This document shows positions 45,586 to 56,350 of a DNA stretch of 64,000 nucleotides, one piece after another. The stretch comes from Spirochaetes bacterium GWB1_36_13 (GTDB lineage: Bacteria; Spirochaetota; GWB1-36-13), in NCBI GenBank assembly GCA_001829155.1, contig MIAO01000011.1:2723-66722 (forward strand). Direction: 5' to 3'. Each line of letters begins with the position of its first letter. Positions within the stretch are counted from its first letter, which is position 1. A program made the position numbers and the translations under genes. The notes beneath the pieces were generated by a model that searched no databases, was not told where the DNA came from, and was given only the letters and a program-made list of their open reading frames with translations.

Positions 45586-46884
45586 ATGTATTATGATAAA
45601 GCTATTGAGACGATGAAAAGAGAAGATTTAAAAAAACTCCAGCTGGAAAGGCTTCAGAAAACAGTCCATGCTGCGTATCAATCGCCTTTTTATAAAAAAA
45701 GGTTTGACAGCATCGGGTTAAAACCGAAAGACATAAGAACTCTTGAAGATATTTATAAAATACCCTTTACAACCAAAGACGACCTTCGGGCGGCCTATCC
45801 TGATTTGATGCTGGCAGTTCCTAAAAACCAGCCTGTCAGGATTCATTCTTCTTCCGGAACTACCGGAAGGGCAACGGTCATTTTTTTTACCAAAAAAGAT
45901 ATTGATGTCTGGGCGGATTTGATGGGCAGGTGCTTATACATGGCAGGCATGAGACCGGATGATGTTTTTCAGAATATGGTTTCTTACGGGCTTTTTACCG
46001 GGGGGCTTGGATTTCATTATGGGGCGGAACGATTTGGGTCAATGGTGATTCCTGCCGGCGGGGGAAATACTGCCAAACAGATTACTCTGATTAAAGATTT
46101 TGGAACCACCTATCTTCATATTACTCCGAGCTATGCCCTTCATATTGCTTATGAATTGGAACAAATGAAAATTCCTGCTTCTTCGTTAGGATTAAAAGGG
46201 CTCTTTTGCGGCGCAGAGCCTTATTCTGAAAGCACCCGGAAAAAACTGGAAGAGATTTACCGGATACCGGTTTTTAATTCTTACGGGCTTTCGGAAATGA
46301 ACGGTCCCGGAGTGGGATTCGAGTGTCAGGAAAAAGAAGATATTCATATCTGGGAAGATAATTATATTGTTGAAATCATTGACCCTCAAACTGGGGAAGC
46401 CGTATTGCCCGGGGAAAGGGGAGAACTGGTGCTGACTACGATCAACCGTGAAGCCATGCCGATTTTAAGATACCGCACCAAAGATCTGACTTTTTTGCAT
46501 AAAGACCTCTGCAAATGCGGAAGGACTCACGCTAAGATTGGAAGAATTATCGGGAGAAGCGATGATATGCTGATTGTCCGCGGCGTGAATCTTTTTCCGT
46601 CACAGATTGAGGCTGTGATTATGGAAATCCCTGAAGTCGGGAACAATTATCAGATTGTAATTGATCGGAGTGATGAACACTTAGACCGCCTGACGGTGAA
46701 AGTGGAGATTGACAATAAGGTATTTCATGGAGAGTTGAAAGATTTGAAAATGATCCAGAAAAAAATCAAACACGCGATCAAAGAAGAAATCATGATCCAG
46801 CCCGAAATTGAGCTTTTGGAACCCAACACCCTGCCTCCTTCCGAAGGGAAAGCGAAACGGGTGATTGATTTAAGAAATATTTAA
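45586..46884 (+). CDS. paaK: Phenylacetate-CoA ligase family protein
   Basis: HSSSGTTG, YGLFTGGLG, YGLSEMNGPG, RYRTKD, GRSDDMLIVRGVN. Confidence 0.9.
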   Translation: MYYDKAIETMKREDLKKLQLERLQKTVHAAYQSPFYKKRFDSIGLKPKDIRTLEDIYKIPFTTKDDLRAAYPDLMLAVPKNQPVRIHSSSGTTGRATVIFFTKKDIDVWADLMGRCLYMAGMRPDDVFQNMVSYGLFTGGLGFHYGAERFGSMVIPAGGGNTAKQITLIKDFGTTYLHITPSYALHIAYELEQMKIPASSLGLKGLFCGAEPYSESTRKKLEEIYRIPVFNSYGLSEMNGPGVGFECQEKEDIHIWEDNYIVEIIDPQTGEAVLPGERGELVLTTINREAMPILRYRTKDLTFLHKDLCKCGRTHAKIGRIIGRSDDMLIVRGVNLFPSQIEAVIMEIPEVGNNYQIVIDRSDEHLDRLTVKVEIDNKVFHGELKDLKMIQKKIKHAIKEEIMIQPEIELLEPNTLPPSEGKAKRVIDLRNI

Positions 46885-46898
46885 TCCAGGAAAATTGA

Positions 46899-49800
46899 AT
46901 GAAACCTATTCTCTCTTTTATGTTTGTTTTTTTCATTACAAGCAGTGTCTTTGCAGAGCTCGATCAAAAAAAAGTTGTTTTAGTCTTGCCCTTAGCTGCG
47001 GAAAAAGAAAGTCAGATAAACTTAAAAATTTTGGATAAAATTGAGAAATATCTGCCGCTGCTCCAAAAAAAATATAAAGCTGACCTCGATTTTCAGATTA
47101 TCAGAACTAAGAGAAGTCTTCAAAACAGCGATAAAATAAGAATTTGTAAAGAAAGCGCTGCCAGATGGATCATGGAAGCAGAGATAGGCAGAATGGATTC
47201 TGAAAAGGTTTTTTTTATATTTTCTTTATACGACGGAAAAACAGCGAAAACTTTTAATGAGGTGGAAATCGCCTCAAATCAAGATGATAATATTTTTTAT
47301 GACTCAGGCATAAAAAAACTGATTTATGAAATTGCCCGGGAGAACCTATTTTTTATCCGAGATTCGGATAAATCCCAACTCTCGGATGACAAGAGGCTTG
47401 CTGTTTTAGATTTTGACTATAACTTTATTTATGATCCTGAATTTCTGAAGACCGAGGAGGATTTTAGAACTATTCTCCGCCAAAAAGCAGGCGGTAAAAT
47501 AGAAATCATCGATGATAAAAAATATGTTTATTCTTTGATGGCGCCTCAGTCTGAGTATGATCAGCCTGAAAGACTGAAAAAAATCGCTGAGATTCTCCAT
47601 GTCCGCTATTTGATTTACGGGAGAGTATTTGAAGAAAAAGGGTTGTTTTATGTTTACGCCTATCTTTTCGACAGTCAAAAAAATCAGAGTTATATCGAAG
47701 TTTATTCTTTAAAAGAGATTAAAAACTATAAAATGTGTATAGAAAAAATCAGACAGGATATTCAAAACACTTTTTTCTATACAATATCAAAAAACAGCAG
47801 GAATTTTCTTTTTAATCCCAAGCCTTTTATTGTTTATGAATACTCAAATATTCCCACTATGGACAATATGAATCTTACTTCCGCTACCTATTCATCTGTG
47901 ATTCCGGAGAATGACGCTCTTTATATTGTCTCTTTTTATTCTGTGATGAATATCGATTTGTTTGGAAGGGTCAATTTTTATCTCGGTGAATTCGGGGGCG
48001 CCAAGGGGCAGTATTATACGGTTTCAAAATCAGGCAAAGATGACAAAGGAAATATTTATCTCTTTGATTTTTCAGCTAAAAAAATTATAGTATTTAATTC
48101 AAACAAGCTTTTTGAAAAAGAAATTGTATTAAAAATCCCTTTTACACCTCTCTTGTTTGCCGTTTCTTCAAAAGGGAATGCGGTGGTTGGCGGAATCGGA
48201 AATCCGGAACAATTATTTTTTTTCAATTCCAAAACCGAGACTTTGATTCCTTTAAAAATCAAAACGAACGGTTATATACTCGGAATTTCGTATTCCAACG
48301 GCTGCTTTTCCGTATTATCGAAAGATGCGGTTTATTATACTCTCGATTATTTGAATGATAATGGAGAAGCAATTTCTCAAAGAGATTTTTTGTTGAGAGA
48401 AACGGTAACCGCATATTATGAAGATAAAAATAAAAATCTTTATCTCGGGGTAGAAAAAGGATTTGCCAAATTGGACGCTTTTAATCAGCTTTTATGGTAT
48501 GCCGATTTATTCCCAAACTCGCGGATCGTTGATGTTCAAACAGATATATCAGGAAAAATCATCTATTTAACGGACAATGCTTCCAATCGGATCTTTCGTT
48601 TAGAAGAAAGCCAGATCGATTTTTCAAAAGCAAAAACTGAAAATGAAGCTTTTTTAGAAGCAGTAAAAGAGCGGGAAAAAAATCCCTTTGTTTTTTTAAA
48701 CTGGCTCGATCGTGCATTAGAAATTAATCCTGATTATCTGGAAGCCTTAAAAGAAAAAGCCGATTTTTTTATGAGAAAAAAACTTTATCAAAAAGCGGAA
48801 GACACTTTTCAAAAAATGCTTCGGATTGTGCCCGATGATCTTGAAATTCTAAAACTCTTAAAACATACTAAAGTATTGAAAATTATAGAGCAAGCAGATT
48901 TTTTTGCCCTGAAATTCAATCAGAAATTTCAGGAAATCGGGTTTGAATCGGCGAAAAAATTCTATGAAGATGCCATGAGAAATTATGAAACAGCCCTGAA
49001 AACTGATCCTGAAAATCTTGAGGCGAAAAGCGGTTTTGAAAATTTGAAGAATCTTTATCAAAAATTATCGGGGAAGATAGAAATTCCCGGAATCGAAATT
49101 TCAGCTCTTGATTTAAAATCTGTCTATTCTTCTATCTATAAATTTTACTCTGAAAATCCGATGGGTGAAATTAAAATCAAAAACACAACAGGAAAGACAA
49201 TTGAAAAAATCTGGGCAGAGTTTGAAGTCAAAGAGTTCATGGATTATCCTACAGAAAGCCGTATTTACAGAAATATTTTGCCTGATGAAACAAAAAACAT
49301 TTTTCTTTTTTCTGTGTTTAATAATAATGTTTTAAATATAACGGAAGATACTCCGATCAGTGCCGGAATCACCGTGAAGTATGTGATTGGGGGAAAAGAA
49401 TATCAGGTTTCAAAGACTGAAAGCTTTTATCTTTACAACCGGAACGCCATGACCTGGGACGAGCCTAAAAAACTCGCCTCTTTTATCACACCGAAAGACA
49501 CAGTGGTCAAGTCTTTCGCAAGGCAGGTCACTCAGGTTTTCCGCTATGCCGATTTTCAGTTTCTCAATAAACCCCTCCAGTCGGCTGTCAAGATTTTTGA
49601 TGCGCTGGGAACTTATGGGATTACCTATGTCTCCGACCCAAAAACGCCTTTCACCGAGTTTTCCAAAAATAAAAATCAAGTGGACTATATCCAGTATCCC
49701 CGGGATGTGATGAGGTTTAAAACCGGAGACTGCGATGACCTGAGTGTCCTTTTTTCAAGCCTATTGGAAAATATCGGTATCGAGACAGCCATGATTTTAG

Positions 49801-50585
49801 TGCCCGGTCATATCCTGATGATGTTTGACACGGGGCTTCCTGCCTCCAAACGCGCTGCGATTTCCTCCAATCTCGGCCTGACAGTGGTCTATGACGGAAG
49901 GGTCTTTATTCCTGTGGAAACTACGCTGCTTGGAAAATCTTTTCTTTCTGCATGGGAAAAAGGGAGTGAAACACTCCTGAAATGGCAGGGGAAAGCAGAG
50001 TTTATCCTTTCTAAAACCGCCTGGAAGGATTTTTCGCCCGCCACACTGAAAGACATCGACTGGGAAGCCTCTATGCCCGATAAGGAAAGGGTAGAAAAAC
50101 TTTTTTATGAAGATATGAATCAGCTGATCGAAAGAGAGCTGGAAGCAAAGGTCAACCCCCTGATGAAAACTGCGATAGACCATCCGGCCGATCCTGAGGT
50201 GCTCAATAAAATCGGGGTGGCCTATGCCCGATACGGAAAATATAGTGAGGCGGAAAGCTGGTTTTTGAAGTCTGCCGCTTTAAAGGAAAACTACCTTCCC
50301 GCTCTCAATAATCTGGGTAATCTTTATCAGCTCCAGAAAAAATATGAAAACGCACTCGCTTTTTATGAAAAAGCTAAAAAAGCCGATGAAAAAAACGCGC
50401 TGGTCTATGCCAATCTGGCAGTGATCTACAAAATCTTGAACCGGCACGAAGAGATGAAAAACTCGATTGAGAAAGCGCTCGCCCTCAATCCCTCCCTGAA
50501 AGAAAAAACAGATTTTCTGACGGATGAAAACTCTCAGACCCGGGCAGTCCGATCAGAAGAAGACAGCCTTTTGTGGGCGGAGTAG
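46899..50585 (+). CDS. Large exported protein with beta-propeller, TPR and transglutaminase-like domains
   Basis: Signal peptide, NHL-like repeats, TPRs, and GDCDDLS...PGHILMMF...PVETT. Confidence 0.8.
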   Translation: MKPILSFMFVFFITSSVFAELDQKKVVLVLPLAAEKESQINLKILDKIEKYLPLLQKKYKADLDFQIIRTKRSLQNSDKIRICKESAARWIMEAEIGRMDSEKVFFIFSLYDGKTAKTFNEVEIASNQDDNIFYDSGIKKLIYEIARENLFFIRDSDKSQLSDDKRLAVLDFDYNFIYDPEFLKTEEDFRTILRQKAGGKIEIIDDKKYVYSLMAPQSEYDQPERLKKIAEILHVRYLIYGRVFEEKGLFYVYAYLFDSQKNQSYIEVYSLKEIKNYKMCIEKIRQDIQNTFFYTISKNSRNFLFNPKPFIVYEYSNIPTMDNMNLTSATYSSVIPENDALYIVSFYSVMNIDLFGRVNFYLGEFGGAKGQYYTVSKSGKDDKGNIYLFDFSAKKIIVFNSNKLFEKEIVLKIPFTPLLFAVSSKGNAVVGGIGNPEQLFFFNSKTETLIPLKIKTNGYILGISYSNGCFSVLSKDAVYYTLDYLNDNGEAISQRDFLLRETVTAYYEDKNKNLYLGVEKGFAKLDAFNQLLWYADLFPNSRIVDVQTDISGKIIYLTDNASNRIFRLEESQIDFSKAKTENEAFLEAVKEREKNPFVFLNWLDRALEINPDYLEALKEKADFFMRKKLYQKAEDTFQKMLRIVPDDLEILKLLKHTKVLKIIEQADFFALKFNQKFQEIGFESAKKFYEDAMRNYETALKTDPENLEAKSGFENLKNLYQKLSGKIEIPGIEISALDLKSVYSSIYKFYSENPMGEIKIKNTTGKTIEKIWAEFEVKEFMDYPTESRIYRNILPDETKNIFLFSVFNNNVLNITEDTPISAGITVKYVIGGKEYQVSKTESFYLYNRNAMTWDEPKKLASFITPKDTVVKSFARQVTQVFRYADFQFLNKPLQSAVKIFDALGTYGITYVSDPKTPFTEFSKNKNQVDYIQYPRDVMRFKTGDCDDLSVLFSSLLENIGIETAMILVPGHILMMFDTGLPASKRAAISSNLGLTVVYDGRVFIPVETTLLGKSFLSAWEKGSETLLKWQGKAEFILSKTAWKDFSPATLKDIDWEASMPDKERVEKLFYEDMNQLIERELEAKVNPLMKTAIDHPADPEVLNKIGVAYARYGKYSEAESWFLKSAALKENYLPALNNLGNLYQLQKKYENALAFYEKAKKADEKNALVYANLAVIYKILNRHEEMKNSIEKALALNPSLKEKTDFLTDENSQTRAVRSEEDSLLWAE

Positions 50586-50689
50586 GGGGATGAGAAAACA
50601 GTACCGACGGTTTGACAGAATGAATAGAAAATGTTATATTTAGAAAAAAGGCATTGAAAGAAATAAGGTATAGAAAGGGGAGTAGAAAA

Positions 50690-50874
50690 ATGACGGCTTT
50701 AATCAATATTCCAGATATTGTTGGCATTAAATGAGGGGAAAGATGAATTGATCGAAAAAATAAAGAAATTGACAGCAATGGAGTATTTCAGAGAAGGGAA
50801 GCTTTCTCTTGGAAAGGTTAAAACAGATATGATTATTGTTGCAGATTCTTCTCCTCTCATCACTCTAGCGATCA
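50690..50874 (+). pseudogene. Collapsed TA remnant: UPF0175-like antitoxin fragment fused to the N-terminus of a DUF3368/PIN toxin
   Basis: Frameshifted MTALINIPDI, then LTAMEYFREGKLSLGK, then MIIVADSSPLITLA, truncated. Confidence 0.65.
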
Positions 50875-51006
50875 CGGAGGGGCAGATGAATGCTAAAATG
50901 AAAATAAAATTAAAAACCTGAATAGAAGGAATTTTGAAATTAATTCCTTTTTTACCGTCAGGTAGTGTAAATAAATAGTTATTGAAAAACAATGTTATAA
51001 TTTCTA

Positions 51007-51062
51007 AAACTCCCCTTGTCTTCCTCTGGGAGATAAGGGGCTGGGGGTTTGTGGGCAAAAAA
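51007..51062 (+). repeat. ~56-bp dispersed repeat, copy 2
   Basis: One mismatch to 32407-32462. Confidence 0.92.
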
Positions 51063-51127
51063 TTTTCAGGTTTTTTATTTGAAAAATGAGTTTTTCAGGG
51101 TCGACTCAGTAATCTTATAAAAAACCG

Positions 51128-51469
51128 TCAAGCTTTTTTAACAAACTCTGATTTCAACTGAATCGAGCCAAATCCTTCTATTCTACAGTCGATATCATGA
51201 TCGCCTTCTATTAATCGGATATTTTTAACTTTTGTGCCGACTTTAACAACTGAGGAGGAGCCTTTCACTTTTAAGTCTTTAATGACAGTTATGGAATCAC
51301 CATTATTCAGTACATTGCCAAAAGCATCTTTCCAGACACGAGTTTCTTCGTTCATCACTGCCGCTTCGTCTTTGCTCCATTCATGAGAGCATTCTGGGCA
51401 GACATATTGGCTCCCATCGTCATAAGTTAATTCTGAATTGCATTGAGGGCAGTTGGGTAGTGTGCTCAT
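51128..51469 (-). CDS. yjdM: YjdM/PhnA zinc-ribbon protein
   Basis: CPQC...[32 protein letters not shown]. Confidence 0.93.
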   Translation of the reverse strand: MSTLPNCPQCNSELTYDDGSQYVCPECSHEWSKDEAAVMNEETRVWKDAFGNVLNNGDSITVIKDLKVKGSSSVVKVGTKVKNIRLIEGDHDIDCRIEGFGSIQLKSEFVKKA

Positions 51470-51765
51470 GATCGGTTAAACTCCTATTGTACAAAAATTA
51501 ATATAAAAATAGAGTGAATAATCTACAGAAAGATTACTAGCAAGACAAATATTTATTCAAGTAATTAAAAAATACTTTCAGAAACTTAAAAAAACAAGAA
51601 ATAGAATTGATCAATTTTTTAATTGATTCAGTTTGGATTCGGTAAATCCGGTGATTTTTGAAATCAGAGAAGGGTCAGGCTTAATCTGAATCATTTGATA
51701 AAAATTGCAAGCCAGCCCCTTTCATTGAGTAAATTTAAAAGACTTAAATTTGAGAGGAAAATTCA

Positions 51766-53292
51766 ATGATACTGATTCTGGACTTTGGATCGCAATACAC
51801 TCAGCTGATTGCCAAAAGAATCCGCAAAATGAAGGTTTACTGCGAGATTCACCCCTATTCTGCCGATATTCAGAAAATCGCTGAAAATAACAGGATTGAA
51901 GGCTTGATCTTATCGGGCGGTCCCGCAAGCGTTTATGACTCGGATTCATTTAAAATAGAGAAAAAAACACTGGATGAACTGAATATTCCGATTCTTGGAA
52001 TTTGTTATGGAATGCAGCTCCTTTCATACCTTTATGAGGGAAAAATCACTCCTTCGGATTCAAGGGAATACGGGTTTACTGAAATCAAGCTTGATTCTTC
52101 ATCGCTTCTTTTTGAGGGGCTGGAAGAAAAGCAGGTTGTCTGGATGAGCCATGGCGACAAAGTTGTTGAATTTCCGAAAGATTTTATCAAAGCGGCTGAA
52201 AGCAAAAATGCTTTGGCTTCTATTCAAAATAAAAAAAAACATATTTACGCGGTTCAGTTTCACCCTGAAGTGGTGCATACCAAAAACGGCGGAAAAATGC
52301 TGGAAAATTTTGTCTTCAAAATCTGCAAGTGCATTGCAGACTGGGAGATGGGGTCTTTTATCGACAATACGGTTCATGCAGTGCGCAATCAGGTGAAAGA
52401 CAAAAAAGTGGTTTTAGGGCTTTCGGGAGGGGTGGATTCTTCTGTTCTGGCAGTGCTGCTTCATAAAGCTCTCGGGAAAAACCTGCTTTGTGTTTTTGTC
52501 AACAACGGGGTTTTGAGAAAAAACGAGGCTTTGAAAGTGCAGGAGACTTTTACAAAAAACTATGATATTAATTTTAAATACATTGATGCATCAAAAGAAT
52601 TCCTTCAAAAATTAAAAGGAATTGATTCTCCTGAACAAAAAAGAAAAATTATCGGCGAGTATTTTCTGGAAGTTTTTTCAAAAACAACACAAGGGTTTGA
52701 TTTTCTAGCCCAGGGAACACTTTATCCTGATGTGATTGAGTCTGTGAATGTCAAGGGACCTTCTGATACCATCAAAACCCATCACAACCGGGTGGGCGGG
52801 GTTTTAGAATTGATTAATCAGGGAAAAGTGATCGAGCCTTTTAAAGAGCTTTTTAAGGATGAGGTCAGGGAAATCGGCCGTGAGCTGGGAGTGCCGGATG
52901 AGATTGTCAATCGTCAGCCTTTTCCAGGACCGGGTCTTGCGATCCGTGTTTTGGGAGATGTGACAGAGGAAAAACTCAATACCCTTCGGGAAGCAGATGC
53001 GATTATTATTGAAGAAATTAAAAATGCGGGGCTTTACAACCAGATATGGCAGGCTTTCGGGGTTTTTCTGCCTGTTCAGTCGGTAGGCGTGATGGGAGAT
53101 AAAAGGACTTATGAAAATGTGATCGCTCTTCGGATTGTGGAAAGCGTGGACGGAATGACGGCGGATTGGGTGAAGATGCCTTACGATGTCTTGAATAAGA
53201 TTTCTTCCAGAATCATCAACGAAGTCAAAGGAATCAACCGCGTGGTTTATGATATCAGCAGTAAACCGCCTGCAACAATCGAGTGGGAATAA
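51766..53292 (+). CDS. guaA: GMP synthase (glutamine-hydrolysing)
   Basis: LDFGSQY, GICYGMQ, QFHPEV, SGGVDS, KPPATIEWE. Confidence 0.98.
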   Translation: MILILDFGSQYTQLIAKRIRKMKVYCEIHPYSADIQKIAENNRIEGLILSGGPASVYDSDSFKIEKKTLDELNIPILGICYGMQLLSYLYEGKITPSDSREYGFTEIKLDSSSLLFEGLEEKQVVWMSHGDKVVEFPKDFIKAAESKNALASIQNKKKHIYAVQFHPEVVHTKNGGKMLENFVFKICKCIADWEMGSFIDNTVHAVRNQVKDKKVVLGLSGGVDSSVLAVLLHKALGKNLLCVFVNNGVLRKNEALKVQETFTKNYDINFKYIDASKEFLQKLKGIDSPEQKRKIIGEYFLEVFSKTTQGFDFLAQGTLYPDVIESVNVKGPSDTIKTHHNRVGGVLELINQGKVIEPFKELFKDEVREIGRELGVPDEIVNRQPFPGPGLAIRVLGDVTEEKLNTLREADAIIIEEIKNAGLYNQIWQAFGVFLPVQSVGVMGDKRTYENVIALRIVESVDGMTADWVKMPYDVLNKISSRIINEVKGINRVVYDISSKPPATIEWE

Positions 53293-53301
53293 AAAATAAA
53301 A

Positions 53302-53332
53302 TCCTGTTGAAGATTAATTTGCTTCAACAGGA
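53302..53332 (+). terminator. Terminator-like hairpin after guaA
   Basis: TCCTGTTGAAG...CTTCAACAGGA. Confidence 0.6.
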
Positions 53333-53535
53333 AATTTGATTTTTAGAAATCCCCCTATAGTCTGAATAAATCTTCTTGTTGTTTTTATGAAATTTCTGAC
53401 TGAAATTTAATTATTTAGAAAAAATAGCTGGAATGCAAGCTTTTTGCTACATCAAAAAATGACAAAATGTCAAAAATTAAAAGTTTTAATATGTATGAAA
53501 AAAGGTACACTTGAAATATAATTAAGTGTAAAAAT

Positions 53536-53549
53536 TAAACTAAAGTATA
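53536..53549. promoter_or_regulatory. Operator TAAACTAAAGTATA
   Basis: 94 bp upstream of paralog 1 ATG; shared motif. Confidence 0.7.
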
Positions 53550-53629
53550 ATAAATGAATTATTTTTAACAATATTTTAAATTGGTATGAAGATTGATATC
53601 TCTTTTAAAGAATTATAAGGAGGATTAAA

Positions 53630-54643
53630 ATGAAAAAACTAGTGATGGCGGTCTTGTTGATGGGAGCGCTTGTATTTACTTCATGTGCGAAAAGCGGGGA
53701 GCTTGATTCAAATGTATCAGCAGGCGACAGCAAGGGAACATGTTATGATCCCGGAGTCAATGCGTTTGGGTCACACTTCCAAAGCTATTTGAACAGCACA
53801 GGAAACTCAGACTTGACAGGATTTGGGGGATCTACGACTAAAACGGGAGATTGCGCTATTGTAAATCAGCCGGTAGTCTTTATTCACGGAAACGGAGACA
53901 ATGCCTCCGGATCAGCATTGCCGATGGGCGGATGGGTCACTTCCAGAAATTATTTTAAAACCAAAGGTTATAAACCATCAGAGCTTTATGCTGTAAATTA
54001 TGGAAAATCAGGAGCTATGAATGCGGCTTTAAACTATCACGCGGCGCCTAATATCAGTAAAATTTACCGGTTTATCGTAGCCGTTAAAAACTACTCAGGA
54101 CAAGCGAAAGTAGATGTCATTGCTCACTCGCTTGGGGTTACATCAGTCAGAGCAGCAGTCAAAGGCGGAACTTATAAAGAATATACAGGAACTTCAGTCT
54201 ATCTTGGAGCTTCTATCAATGGAATCGTGGATACTTTTGTAGGAATTTCCGGAGCAAACAGAGGACTTAATTCTTGCGGATCATGGCCTCTCAATAACTG
54301 GACGCCAACCTGCGGACCTACAGGACTTTCTATTAATAACCCGTTTTTAGTGGCAGTCAACGGCGGAAAAGCTTCTATGTATCTTTCTTGGGGAACTTGG
54401 AAACCAAATACTCTTAAAATGAAAGTAGGAAGCTATACTTACAGTATTATGTCTTATGCGGATGAATTGGGATGTATGCCTGCAATGCCTACTTACTGTT
54501 ATGTTTATGCAAGACATACTTCTTATCTGGACGGTCAAAACGGAGGAAAAGTTTACTATTCTTATCCATACGGTCACATGGGAAATAAAGAGCAGACAGC
54601 ATACTATCAGTATAAAATGGTTAAATATCACACAACTAATTAA
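53630..54643 (+). CDS. Lipase_2-family lipoprotein, PhaZ7-like (paralog 1)
   Basis: Lipobox VFTSC; GFGG, PVVFIHGNGDNA, VDVIAHSLG, GANRGLNSC, PTCG, DELGC, GHMGNK. Confidence 0.85.
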   Translation: MKKLVMAVLLMGALVFTSCAKSGELDSNVSAGDSKGTCYDPGVNAFGSHFQSYLNSTGNSDLTGFGGSTTKTGDCAIVNQPVVFIHGNGDNASGSALPMGGWVTSRNYFKTKGYKPSELYAVNYGKSGAMNAALNYHAAPNISKIYRFIVAVKNYSGQAKVDVIAHSLGVTSVRAAVKGGTYKEYTGTSVYLGASINGIVDTFVGISGANRGLNSCGSWPLNNWTPTCGPTGLSINNPFLVAVNGGKASMYLSWGTWKPNTLKMKVGSYTYSIMSYADELGCMPAMPTYCYVYARHTSYLDGQNGGKVYYSYPYGHMGNKEQTAYYQYKMVKYHTTN

Positions 54644-54960
54644 TTCAGATTTCTCGTTGCTTCACATTTTTTCCTGAATGTCGGAGAGGTTTTTGTAAAG
54701 CAGGCAAAACCCTCTCCGGCGTTATTCTTTTCTGATCTTTTTTTTCAAATTTTTTGTCTTGTCTGAGTAGGGGAAAACACAATGTTTATTATTATCACAC
54801 TTCGAAAATGACCAGCCGAACGGGTTTTATTTCTTGCTTTTAAATTCATCTTTTATTTCACTCTAAGGTCGTTTTAGAAAAAAATGTCAATAATGATTTT
54901 ACTTTTGTCATATCAAAGTAGGAAAAAAAATACATAAAAAAATTAGGGAAAAATGAAAAT

Positions 54961-54974
54961 TAAACTAAAGTTTA
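54961..54974. promoter_or_regulatory. Operator TAAACTAAAGTTTA
   Basis: Perfect 6-2-6 palindrome 99 bp upstream of paralog 2 ATG. Confidence 0.7.
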
Positions 54975-55059
54975 TTATACAAAGGTTTTAAGAAAAAAAT
55001 AAAATTGGCATAAAAATTGAAATATTATTTTTGAAATATATAAAATGTGGAGGATTAAA

Positions 55060-56043
55060 ATGAAAAAACTACTTTTAGCGATGTTGGTCATCGCAGCGTT
55101 TGGGTTCACATCATGTGCAAAAAGCGGGGAGCCGGATTCAACTGTATCAGCAGGAGACACTAAGGGAGTATGTTATGATCCCGGGGTCAATGCATTTGGA
55201 TCAAACTTCCAAAGCTATTTGAACAGCACAGGAAACTCAGACTTGACAGGATTTGGCGGATCTACTTCTAAAACAGGTGATTGTGCCATTGTTAAACAAC
55301 CCGTTGTCTTTATTCACGGAAACGGAGACAATGCATCCGGATCAGCAATGCCGATGGGCGGATGGAAAACATCCAGAACTTATTTTATGAGCAAAGGTTA
55401 TAAACCATCAGAGCTTTATGCTGTAAATTATGGAAAACCAGGAGCTACGAATGCGGCTTTAAACTATCACTCAGCGCCTAATATCAGCAAGATCTACCGG
55501 TTTATCGTAGCCGTTAAAAACTACTCAGGACAAGCGAAAGTAGATGTGATTGCACACTCATTGGGAGTTACATCAGTCAGAGCAGCAGTCAAAGGCGGAA
55601 CTTATAAAGAATATACAGGAACTTCAGTTTATCTTGGAGCTGCTATCAATGGAATTATCGATACTTTCGTAGGAATTTCCGGAGCAAACAGAGGACTTAA
55701 TTCTTGCGGTGTTTGGCCTCTCGGAAGCTATACTCCAACCTGCGGACCTACAGGACTCGCTATTTCTAACCCATTTTTAGTTACTCTTCAGGGCGGAAGC
55801 AGATATCCATCTATGGCAAAAGTAGGAAGCTATACTTATACAATCTATTCTTATGCGGATGAACTGGCATGTATGCCTGTAATGCCTACTTACTGTTATG
55901 TTTACTACTATCACACTTCAAAAATGACCAGTCAAAACGGAGAAAAAGTTTATTACTCTTATCCATACGGTCACATGGGAAATAAAGAGCAAACACCAGC
56001 AGTCCAATACAACATGGTTGTCAATCACAATACCAACGGGTAA
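55060..56043 (+). CDS. Lipase_2-family lipoprotein, PhaZ7-like (paralog 2)
   Basis: Start MKKLL after GGAGG; same catalytic motifs as paralog 1; shorter aromatic loop. Confidence 0.85.
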   Translation: MKKLLLAMLVIAAFGFTSCAKSGEPDSTVSAGDTKGVCYDPGVNAFGSNFQSYLNSTGNSDLTGFGGSTSKTGDCAIVKQPVVFIHGNGDNASGSAMPMGGWKTSRTYFMSKGYKPSELYAVNYGKPGATNAALNYHSAPNISKIYRFIVAVKNYSGQAKVDVIAHSLGVTSVRAAVKGGTYKEYTGTSVYLGAAINGIIDTFVGISGANRGLNSCGVWPLGSYTPTCGPTGLAISNPFLVTLQGGSRYPSMAKVGSYTYTIYSYADELACMPVMPTYCYVYYYHTSKMTSQNGEKVYYSYPYGHMGNKEQTPAVQYNMVVNHNTNG

Positions 56044-56051
56044 TTTTCTTT

Positions 56052-56080
56052 ATCCTCTCTGTCTTTCTGACAGAGAGGAT
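56052..56080 (+). terminator. Rho-independent terminator
   Basis: ATCCTCTCTGTC-TTTCT-GACAGAGAGGAT followed by a T-run. Confidence 0.75.
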
Positions 56081-56160
56081 TTTTAAAAGCAATAATCAAA
56101 ATTATTTAATCAAATGAAAAGCTTTTTTTTATAAGAAGTTTGGGATTATCTTAAAAAATT

Positions 56161-56269
56161 TAAACTTTAGTTTACATTCCCTTTCTTTATGGCATTTTCT
56201 TTGTCAATAATGATAGGTAAAATACTACACTAAATGGTTTTTTAATTGTTTTTATTAAACTAAAGTATT
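56161..56269. promoter_or_regulatory. Two operator copies (TAAACTTTAGTTTA 56161-56174; TAAACTAAAGTATT 56256-56269)
   Basis: The proximal copy is 95 bp upstream of paralog 3 ATG. Confidence 0.7.
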
Positions 56270-56350
56270 ACCCGCAGGTCTTTTTAAGAAAAAATAAAAC
56301 TTGGTCTTGAAAATGCATATAGTTTATTAAAGTAAATGTGGAGGCATAAA

